DNA of 24,000 nt, from NCBI GenBank assembly GCA_964509435.1, contig CAZDXA010000007.1, positions 53,059-77,058 of the forward strand. Direction: 5' to 3'. Each line of letters begins with the position of its first letter. The stretch's first letter is position 1. Shown here one piece after another: positions 17,166 to 24,000 of the stretch. Made by a program: the position numbers and the translations under genes. The notes below the pieces were generated by a model that saw nothing but the letters and a program-made list of their open reading frames with translations, searched no databases and was not told the DNA's origin. The stretch is from an uncultured Synergistaceae bacterium. GTDB lineage: Bacteria; Synergistota; Synergistia; Synergistales; Dethiosulfovibrionaceae.

Positions 17166-17206
17166 AACGGCAGTTTCCGCCACGGGGCAAAGGGGAAACT
17201 GCCGTT
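17166..17206. terminator. Hairpin downstream of the dipeptidase gene, possible terminator
   Basis: AACGGCAGTTTCC-N15-GGAAACTGCCGTT, perfect 13-bp arms followed by TTTCTC on +; U tract in the operon (minus) direction is weak. Confidence 0.4.
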
Positions 17207-17214
17207 TTCTCACA

Positions 17215-18633
17215 TTAATGAAAATACTGCACCTGATGCAGGCAGGAACTCTGGTAAGTCAGCCGGTCAAGTTCCAGGAACGCGCGGATGTAGATTTTCA
17301 ATGCTGTTTTAAACTGCCTGATGCTGAATCCCTCGTCAGGGCCGTGAAGCATGCCCACAAACTCAGGGGCTTTTTCAGACATGTCATCCATGCCGAAGCC
17401 GATGGCATGCTGAAACATTCTGGCGTACGTGGTGCCGCCGATGACCTCGGCCTTTTCGCTGCGTCCGGTCACTTCGTTGCAGGCTCTCAGACAGGCCTGC
17501 AGAGGAAGGCTGTCAGGGCTGACATAAAACGGCGCCGACGATTTATCGACGGTCAGAACTGCATCAGATTCGCCGGCCAGCCGGCGCAGAGCGGCATCAA
17601 TGTTTTCGCCCCGTGCTGTCAGCGGATAGCGGATATCAATTGTCTGAGTGACCTTTCCGTCTGCCATGCGGATCGTCCCGCCGGCACAGGTCAGCGGCCC
17701 GAAAATTCCATCTTTCGCAGCGATGCCGAGGGCCGCGCCATGGCAGTCAGCAAATACTTTTCCCAGCAGGCTGAAAAATTTCTCTTCGCGCACGGAAAGA
17801 AGCTTGTTTTTCAACAGATACTTCACCAGAATCCCGATGGCGTTTTCGGTTTTCTCCGGCTCTGAGGCGTGTCCGCCCCTGCCGGCGGCTGTCAGTTCTG
17901 CCATACCGTTTCCGGCGTGAATGGTGATATGCTCGCCCGGCGGCAGCGGCCCGGCCGTTCTGATCTTCGCGGAGGCTGAACCGGGCACGGCATTGGCAGC
18001 TTCTCCGCCCTTAATGTCAATCAGATTTCCCGACAGCGCGCAGCTCTGAAGCGAAGCGGCATACATTCCCTTTTCCCCGTTGCAGGCTGGGAAAAACACG
18101 TCAGGCACAAGGCAGAACGCCGGCTCTCCATAGCGTTCCACATAATGGGGAATGTCATGCATGCCTGTTTCTTCGTTGCACCCCAGCAAAATTCGCAGTT
18201 CGTGATTCAGACCGCCGTGCTCCTTCAGAAATTTTGCCGCGTACAGCGTGATAACCGCAGCGTTTTTGTCGTCGTCAGTGCCGCGGCCGATGAGCCAGCC
18301 GTCTTTTACCGTCATGTGAAACGGGTCAAAATGCCAGCCCTTGCCGGCCGGAACCACGTCCACATGGCTGATCGAGGCCAGACAGCCGGCCGTATCCTGA
18401 CGCCCCGGCAGCCTGGCAAATCCCACATAGCCGCTGCCGTCACAGGTTTCCAGTCCGAGACGTCCGGCAATTTCAAGGGCTCTGTCAAGCGCCCGGCGCA
18501 CTTCCCTGCCGTAGGGAGAACCGGCTTCCGGCGCCGATTGAACGCTTTCTATTTCAACGAGCGACGCCAGATCGCTCAGCATTTCGTCCATGTGATTTTC
18601 GATAAATGAATCAATTTCCCGTTCAGACACCAT
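17215..18633 (-). CDS. M20-family dipeptidase (PepV/Sapep-like)
   Basis: SISHVDVVPAGKGWHFDPF, GRGTDDDKNAAV, LLGCNEETG, PDVFFPACNGEKG, GRGGHASEPEKTENAI, GGTTYARMF. Confidence 0.9.
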   Translation of the reverse strand: MVSEREIDSFIENHMDEMLSDLASLVEIESVQSAPEAGSPYGREVRRALDRALEIAGRLGLETCDGSGYVGFARLPGRQDTAGCLASISHVDVVPAGKGWHFDPFHMTVKDGWLIGRGTDDDKNAAVITLYAAKFLKEHGGLNHELRILLGCNEETGMHDIPHYVERYGEPAFCLVPDVFFPACNGEKGMYAASLQSCALSGNLIDIKGGEAANAVPGSASAKIRTAGPLPPGEHITIHAGNGMAELTAAGRGGHASEPEKTENAIGILVKYLLKNKLLSVREEKFFSLLGKVFADCHGAALGIAAKDGIFGPLTCAGGTIRMADGKVTQTIDIRYPLTARGENIDAALRRLAGESDAVLTVDKSSAPFYVSPDSLPLQACLRACNEVTGRSEKAEVIGGTTYARMFQHAIGFGMDDMSEKAPEFVGMLHGPDEGFSIRQFKTALKIYIRAFLELDRLTYQSSCLHQVQYFH

Positions 18634-18693
18634 GGCTCTGCCCCTTTCTAAAAGAAGCGGAGACCGTTGAATCAGCGGTCTCCGGCCGGAAAT

Positions 18694-19443
18694 TCAGTTT
18701 TTCTCAGCGTCCTCGTCAGCTTTTTTCGCGCGGTCTGATTTGAAATACAGGTATCCAAGAAGGATTGTCGCGCCGATGGAAATTGCCTCGCCAATGTCGC
18801 TGAGCCATTCAATATCTAATTTTCTGATTGTGATCCAGATGATCACTGCAGGAACAGCCCAGGTGAGCGTTTTTTTCCAGCCTGACTCCTCGATGCGGAA
18901 CCACAGAAGCGTGCCGATCAGGGCAGGGATGACATGATCAAGGCCGACCAGCACGATTTTCGGCAGCAGCGGAACGAAATAGCTGCCTGTCAGCACCACC
19001 ACAGTCAGGACGGCGAGATTCACAAACACAGAGAAACCGACGCAGTAGGCGCTGAGAATCTGTCCGCGCGGTGTGGAGGGCTTTTCGCCAAAACGCTTCA
19101 GCACCGACTTCTGAACCGGCAGACGCACATTTTTGCAGTTGCCGGCAAGGTAGGACATGTAGGTTGCCGCGGCACCCAGCATGGGATAGTAAATGAGCGG
19201 TTCGGTGATCCACATGCCGATGCACAGCGCAAACAGCGTCGCGGTCACTGTAACGTAAATGTGCACCGGCGCCTGGTAGCCCTTCACAAAATAGAGGTAT
19301 GCAATGGGCATAAAAGAAAGCACCAGCGCGATCAGCATGGTGGAACGCCCGATCAGATGCACCCTGGCTGAATACGGGCCGTTGAAATCAGCCTGAATCT
19401 GCTCTTCTGTGTTCACAAGCGATTCATTAGCAGTGTTGTTCAT
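18694..19443 (-). CDS. Uncharacterised polytopic membrane protein
   Basis: 249 aa, several hydrophobic segments (LIALVLSFMPIAYLYFV, VFVNLAVLTVVVLTGSYFVPLL, and others); 13 nt from the DUF5058-like gene. Confidence 0.8.
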   Translation of the reverse strand: MNNTANESLVNTEEQIQADFNGPYSARVHLIGRSTMLIALVLSFMPIAYLYFVKGYQAPVHIYVTVTATLFALCIGMWITEPLIYYPMLGAAATYMSYLAGNCKNVRLPVQKSVLKRFGEKPSTPRGQILSAYCVGFSVFVNLAVLTVVVLTGSYFVPLLPKIVLVGLDHVIPALIGTLLWFRIEESGWKKTLTWAVPAVIIWITIRKLDIEWLSDIGEAISIGATILLGYLYFKSDRAKKADEDAEKN

Positions 19444-19456
19444 TGCAGTGCCCTCC

Positions 19457-20170
19457 TTAACCCATAATGGCGACGCAGATCGCCGAGGCGGTCATACCGC
19501 CGATCAGAGAAATTCCGAGAATCCAGTCGTTCAGCTTTTCGTTGCCGGTTTTCCTGACAATGGCCGTCACAGCCATGCTGCTCAGAAGCCCGAAGACAAT
19601 TCCCACAGTGTTGGAAACACCGCCTGAAGCAGTGCTCAGTCCCCAGTAGCCCATGAAGCCAAGTTCCGCAGTCATGCCCATCAGCGGCAGGAAAGAACGC
19701 TTTTTGGTGACCTGCTTCGCGGCTATTTTATCCATCGGCTTCAGTGTGAACAGCAGGTTGATCATGTAGGGTGCGCTGCCGAGGACCATGCCGTAAATGC
19801 AGCAGGTGAAGACCGCCTCGGTGAACCCCTCGCCGCCGATGGTAACGCCCATGGCATTGGCAACGACGTTGGCAAGCCAGAGTTCGTAGTCAGCGGCGCC
19901 GATAACGCCGGTGCGCATGTAAGTCACCGCCGTGCCCACCAGGTTGATCATCGCGATCACAACGACAACGACTGACAGCGACGGGCCGATTGTGGCCACT
20001 GAGGAAATTTTGGCGATTTCGCGCAGGTCGCTGGCAGAATAAAGCCCGTATTTGCGGTTGAACTTCAGCGCGTTGTGCATGAAAAGCAGCGCCTGAACAC
20101 AGACAAATCCAAGCAGAATAATCGCAAATGGCCAGATAATACGGTTTACATTGACAATTGCTTCACTCAT
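19457..20170 (-). CDS. DUF5058-like polytopic membrane protein
   Basis: 237 aa; pattern recalled from DUF5058: ...FMHNALKFNRKYG.....LREIAKISSVATIGPSLSVVVVVIAMINLVG...GAADYELWLANVVANAMG...FTEAVFTCCIYGMVLGSAPYM. SD AGGAGG. Confidence 0.7.
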   Translation of the reverse strand: MSEAIVNVNRIIWPFAIILLGFVCVQALLFMHNALKFNRKYGLYSASDLREIAKISSVATIGPSLSVVVVVIAMINLVGTAVTYMRTGVIGAADYELWLANVVANAMGVTIGGEGFTEAVFTCCIYGMVLGSAPYMINLLFTLKPMDKIAAKQVTKKRSFLPLMGMTAELGFMGYWGLSTASGGVSNTVGIVFGLLSSMAVTAIVRKTGNEKLNDWILGISLIGGMTASAICVAIMG

Positions 20171-20230
20171 AGTCTCCTCTTGCCTCCTGTAAAGTGGATT
20201 GCTCTTTCTCTACGATCAATTTCTGCCGCA

Positions 20231-20272
20231 AAACTTATTATGAATAATATCACTATTATAATAAGTTTACAA
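20231..20272 (-). promoter_or_regulatory. Promoter with overlapping dyad upstream of the DUF5058-dipeptidase operon
   Basis: Dyad AAACTTATTAT (20231-20241) - 16 nt - ATAATAAGTTT (20258-20268). Minus-strand TTGTAA (20272-20267) - 17 nt - TATTAT (20249-20244). Confidence 0.6.
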
Positions 20273-20383
20273 GTACATATCGCGTATTTTCGACTAATAC
20301 GTCGATAATTTATATTATCACATGATATCTATCGAAAAAAATATTTTCATTTCAGCAGCCCTGCCGGTATGCTGCATGAAAAC

Positions 20384-20412
20384 AAAAAAGGCACTCCGCT
20401 GCGCGGAGCGCC
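20384..20412 (-). terminator. Intrinsic terminator of the gntR-type gene
   Basis: GGCACTCCGC-TGC-GCGGAGCGCC stem (one mismatch) with a TTTTTT tract on the minus strand. Confidence 0.75.
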
Positions 20413-20418
20413 CTGCTT

Positions 20419-21126
20419 TCAAAAGAGATATTTAAAGTGTTTTTCAAAAACGCCTTTGATAAACAGCGTATGTTCCTTCATGTAAAAATAGGCAAATTCA
20501 CCGTCATGCTTCTCTATGGCAGCTAGAATTTTGCGGTGCTGCTGATCCAGCTGTTCTGCAATGTCCTTCTGGTTTTCAGGAGAAATAATGCCTGCAGGCG
20601 CCTGATTGTTTTCAATACTGATCAGGTCATCGTAGATTTTCAGCAGTTCAGGATTATCCATGAATTCCACCAGGATTCTGTGAAAATCACGTGCTTTTCC
20701 GTATGGCGCCGATGTCTCATTCTGAACGCCGTGCAGACACGTCTTCAGACGCTCGGTCAGTTCAGGCGTTGAGTGTTCAGCTGCGGCGCGTGCTATTTCC
20801 GGTTCAAGCATCAGGCGGATCTGCGTGGACGACCTGAATCCTTTAATATAATCCTGCGCATAGCCTGCAAGTGTTTTGTTGCCATGGAGGCTGGTGATGT
20901 CAAAAAGAACGGTGCTGCCGCGCCCCCGGCAGGTCTGAATCAGCCCCGCCCGCGCAAGGATGCTCAGCGCCTTGCGGACGGTAATGCGGCTGACGCCCAG
21001 AAGGCCGATCAATTCAGTCTCTGAGGGCAGAAGCTCCCCTTTTTTATAAAGGCCTGTCATAATCCCGTTTTCAATGTATTTGACCGCCTGTTCATACAGC
21101 GTCTCAGAGCTTTTTCGCCCGGTCAT
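20419..21126 (-). CDS. GntR-family (FadR/FCD-type) transcriptional regulator
   Basis: YEQAVKYIENGIMTGLYKKGELLPSETELIGLLGVSRITVRKALSILARAGLIQTCRGRGSTV; FCD-like helical C-terminus. Confidence 0.92.
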   Translation of the reverse strand: MTGRKSSETLYEQAVKYIENGIMTGLYKKGELLPSETELIGLLGVSRITVRKALSILARAGLIQTCRGRGSTVLFDITSLHGNKTLAGYAQDYIKGFRSSTQIRLMLEPEIARAAAEHSTPELTERLKTCLHGVQNETSAPYGKARDFHRILVEFMDNPELLKIYDDLISIENNQAPAGIISPENQKDIAEQLDQQHRKILAAIEKHDGEFAYFYMKEHTLFIKGVFEKHFKYLF

Positions 21127-21195
21127 GTCATTCAGCCTCCCTGGAATTTCCGAAAATACCGCCGTTCTCTCCGGCGGAACGCATCACATCAGGAA

Positions 21196-22419
21196 CTACT
21201 TCTGCCTGCCGGCAACCGCAGCCGCAGCCGCAGCGCTGAGCAGTGAGACAAACAGGCAGGTCATCCACCCTGCCGTCCAGTAACCGCGCGTGCCCAGCAG
21301 CACGCCGACCACTGCGGGCGCAATGGGATTGGGAATGTTCGAGGCACCCGAACAGAACGCCGTTCCCGCCACATTGTCCTCAGCAGAGTAAATCTCGCTG
21401 GGAAGCGCCCAGAACACTCCGGCGCTCCATGACACACCAGACATCATGGCGCAGGCCGCCAGCGTCAGAGCATAAATACTCCGCACTGCAGCCGATGAAA
21501 GCACAGCCGCAGCCGCCGCGCTCAGCACATAGCCTGCTGCCAGAATCAGACTCCGGGTTCGCACAGAATTTTCTGAGCGCGCGGCGAAAAAGTCAGACAC
21601 CCAGCCGCCCAAAATTGACGAGACAACCGTCACCACGCTGATCAGAAGCATCAGTGTGCCGGTCTGTTCATAACTGTAGCCGAGGTGCTGCGCAAACACT
21701 GACATGTCAACCGTCACTGCCTGCGCCACCCAGGTATTGGCAACGAGCATCACCACAAGCAGCCAGGTCGCCGGATTGCGGATAATTGTACCATAAACAT
21801 TCTTTTTTTTCTGCAGGCGTACTGTGCAGCCGCTGCGGGCCGGATTTTCCCGTACCGTCAGAAGAACCGGCAGGGCAAAAAGAAGGCAGATGCCGCCAAT
21901 CAGGTAAAACGACGCTCTCCATCCCGACACAGGAACAAGGCGCCCCACAGCCCACGCGCCGATGCCGGCGCCGGCCGTAAAACTGCCGTTGAAAACTGCA
22001 GTGGCAAGACCGCAGTACCTGCGATCCACCCACTGCGTGATCACCGAGATGTACAGCGGAAAAGCCAGAGCGTTCAGCCCCTGCATCCCCTTGAAGATAA
22101 ACAGCAGCGGCAGGCTGCGCAGGCTTACCGCGGCCGGCACTGAAAACTGCGACACCACCTGAAAGAGCACTCCCAGAATGATGGTGCGCCTCATACCCAG
22201 TCTCTTATAGACATACCCCGACAGAAACATGGCCGACACAAGGCACACCGCGCGCAGAGAATCGGCAATAAGCACCGTCTGCACCGGCACGCCCATCTCA
22301 CCGGCAAGATCACCGGCCACCATCGAGAACTGCGTGACCCCGGCCGGAAAGCTGAACCCCAGCAGTGACAGCAGCAGAACCAGTATCCCGGGATAACTTT
22401 TTCGTTCGTAAAGTTTCAT
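21196..22419 (-). CDS. MFS transporter
   Basis: 407 aa, about 12 hydrophobic segments; SGYVYKRLGMRRTIILGVLF loop motif; GGWVSDFFAARSENSVRTRSLILAAGYVL. Confidence 0.88.
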   Translation of the reverse strand: MKLYERKSYPGILVLLLSLLGFSFPAGVTQFSMVAGDLAGEMGVPVQTVLIADSLRAVCLVSAMFLSGYVYKRLGMRRTIILGVLFQVVSQFSVPAAVSLRSLPLLFIFKGMQGLNALAFPLYISVITQWVDRRYCGLATAVFNGSFTAGAGIGAWAVGRLVPVSGWRASFYLIGGICLLFALPVLLTVRENPARSGCTVRLQKKKNVYGTIIRNPATWLLVVMLVANTWVAQAVTVDMSVFAQHLGYSYEQTGTLMLLISVVTVVSSILGGWVSDFFAARSENSVRTRSLILAAGYVLSAAAAAVLSSAAVRSIYALTLAACAMMSGVSWSAGVFWALPSEIYSAEDNVAGTAFCSGASNIPNPIAPAVVGVLLGTRGYWTAGWMTCLFVSLLSAAAAAAVAGRQK

Positions 22420-22634
22420 CTTTAAGAAAGCCTTTCACTTTGAGATCCATAAAATTTACGCACCGTCTCAGTCCTTCCCTGTACCGCTTGTCTTTTCACA
22501 TGACCTGCCATGCCACTACAGCCGGGCACCGAAGCCGGCTGCAGTTTCGCCGTCTGACAGAGTCGTTCATGAACAGCATGGGATATTGTGCTCCGTCAGC
22601 AAATCAGAAGTGCAGTTTTGCTGAGACCCGTGTC

Positions 22635-22682
22635 GCATAACTTATTATATAGCATAATAAGTTATGCCCGCTTTTTTTGCAA
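22635..22682 (-). promoter_or_regulatory. Promoter with overlapping perfect dyad upstream of the MFS-gntR unit
   Basis: GCATAACTTATTAT-ATAGC-ATAATAAGTTATGC (22635-22667, perfect 14-bp arms). Minus-strand TTGCAA (22682-22677) - 17 nt - TATTAT (22659-22654). Confidence 0.6.
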
Positions 22683-22837
22683 GTCCGTTTTAGAAAAAAC
22701 AGCCGTGCCAGCTTTCAGACCGGCGAAGGTTACGGCAGTATGAGATGCCGCCGACGCTGCGGTCCTTTCTGTTTCAGCCTTTTAGATTATTTTGCTCAAT
22801 TTTATTCCATAAATTTAATTTTTATATATTCCTATCC

Positions 22838-22866
22838 TTGACATATCAGACCACTTTATTTATGAT
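22838..22866 (+). promoter_or_regulatory. Predicted sigma70 promoter of the autotransporter-like gene
   Basis: TTGACA (22838-22843) - 17 bp - TATGAT (22861-22866), with an A/T-rich UP-like region upstream. Confidence 0.75.
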
Positions 22867-23033
22867 TACCTACGCTTATTTTACGATGCTGCGGCAGCGT
22901 GATGCCAATCATCTACGGACTTGTCACAGGGATCATCCGCGCAGCCTGAAAGGGAAAATCAGAAAGTTTTGCTGCAGATTGAGAGCAGAATGGGCAGACC
23001 AATTACTTAAAAAAGTGGGGAATAAACAGAAGC

Positions 23034-24000
23034 ATGTCAAAAATCAAAAGACCTCAGAGGGCATCGGTCACGTTCTTTCCGAACGCTGTGCCAGGGCTGA
23101 AAAAACACAGCACAGGGAAGAACCGTAAACAGCAGTTTACTGCGGCAGGACTGGCACTTGCAGGTGTTCTGTTCATCTGCGGTCCGGAAGCAGCATACCC
23201 CGGCACTATCACTTTGGAAGGAGACACCGAAACTCTTTACAACGTGGGAATCATCACTGGTGTCGGTCATGCCAACGGAGATTATTACGAATACAATCAT
23301 CCCGACAGAAACCTTGTGATCAACTGGGATGTACAGCGCAGGGGCTCTGCAGCACCCATCCGCAACACCAGCGTCACGGCAAAGAGCCTGACCATGAACT
23401 CAACCAGCGGCACTGACCAGTGGTCCAACAAGGGTATTTTCACAGACTGCCCTTTCGGCGGACCGTTCCGTGAAATCTATATCAAAGTGTCTGAAAATAT
23501 CGACATCACATCAGGACATTACACGATTTTCAGCGATCCCGGCAAGATTCACATTGAAGGCTTTAAAAACCTGACAGCGCGCTCAGCCAGCACAGCCGAA
23601 AACAGCGGCTATGTGGTTTCGAATGTTTCTGTCAACGGCTTAAGCAGTGCTATCAGCATCGTCGGCACCGAGGACAGCACGATCAGTCTTATTTCAGAAA
23701 AAAGCAGCAATCCGGCAAAACTGAGAAGCGTAGTTGAAGACGCCTCCACCGAAGGCATTCTGGTCAAAGGCGGAACAGTAAACATAAAGCGCATTGCCGA
23801 CGAAAATCAGCCGCTGGTTGAAATAGGACACCACACCGTTGCCGGCGGCAGCATCGATATTGAAGGCAGCAGCAGCGTAAACATCGGCAGCGATACGAAT
23901 CAGTATGCTGTAGAAAGCAAGGCAAAGGCTGCAGGCACTTCTAACATATGGATCAACAAGTCCTCTGCAGGTGTCGTGAAAATCAACGGCCGCATTGTGG
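23034..24000 (+). CDS. Autotransporter/adhesin-like surface protein, N-terminal part (open at right edge)
   Basis: Manual translation is open for 322 codons: MSKIKRPQRASVTFFPNAVPGLKKHSTGKNRKQQFTAAGLALAGVLFICGPEAAYPGTITLEGD... It has an extended signal-peptide-like N-terminus, then Gly/Ser/Asn-rich short-period sequence (GGTVNIKRIADENQPLVEIG, GGSIDIEGSSSVNIGSDTNQYAV) typical of beta-helix passengers. Missing from the ORF track. Confidence 0.75.
   Translation, partial: MSKIKRPQRASVTFFPNAVPGLKKHSTGKNRKQQFTAAGLALAGVLFICGPEAAYPGTITLEGDTETLYNVGIITGVGHANGDYYEYNHPDRNLVINWDVQRRGSAAPIRNTSVTAKSLTMNSTSGTDQWSNKGIFTDCPFGGPFREIYIKVSENIDITSGHYTIFSDPGKIHIEGFKNLTARSASTAENSGYVVSNVSVNGLSSAISIVGTEDSTISLISEKSSNPAKLRSVVEDASTEGILVKGGTVNIKRIADENQPLVEIGHHTVAGGSIDIEGSSSVNIGSDTNQYAVESKAKAAGTSNIWINKSSAGVVKINGRIV

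Noticed and set aside
16765-17865. 366-aa + strand ORF antisense to the dipeptidase and nitroreductase N-terminus
   Set aside because: Runs opposite two genes with clear family motifs; its own sequence has none.
22873-23033. Possible c-di-GMP-type riboswitch in the autotransporter leader (CACAGGG fragment)
   Set aside because: Only a short similarity to the GEMM core; the GAAA tetraloop/receptor layout and second conserved stem are not apparent.
1-24000. CRISPR arrays, IS elements, integrases, phage or defence gene clusters
   Set aside because: No regularly spaced repeats, transposase motifs or nuclease/helicase-type defence proteins were seen on either strand.

Overview
The 24 kb window looks like an ordinary bacterial chromosomal segment. 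It has no phage, IS element, CRISPR array or recognisable defence island. The conserved core is a + strand ribosomal/SRP operon, ylxM-ffh-rpsP-khpA-rimM-trmD-rplS (about 11.95-16.3 kb). That gene order is typical of Firmicutes and related lineages. The partial autotransporter-like ORF at the right edge implies an outer membrane, so a Synergistetes-like or Negativicutes-like host is possible (inference only). Around the core are: a flavodoxin-family gene plus two aldo/keto reductases divergent from a LysR regulator; an RpiR regulator; an XRE-ImmA/IrrE-type metallopeptidase pair; a second LysR; an ArsR / split HMA-protein / Zn-Cd P-type ATPase locus; a LUD-domain protein coupled to an asparaginase-like protein with apparently substituted catalytic residues; an exported nitroreductase; and an M20 dipeptidase / small membrane protein / DUF5058-like membrane protein operon next to a GntR regulator and an MFS transporter. 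The most interesting observations are: (1) two separate promoters, for MFS-gntR and for the DUF5058-dipeptidase operon, each carry a dyad built from the same 10-mer arm AACTTATTAT/ATAATAAGTT, with spacers differing by 11 bp (one helical turn); this suggests one regulon for an uncharacterised uptake/peptide-use system; (2) the degenerate asparaginase coupled to a LUD protein; (3) TrmD carrying a second SPOUT-like domain; (4) an intrinsic terminator between the HMA protein and its ATPase; (5) orphan terminators in a 0.68 kb gap that may mark a small RNA. All family calls were made by reading motifs, without database searches.
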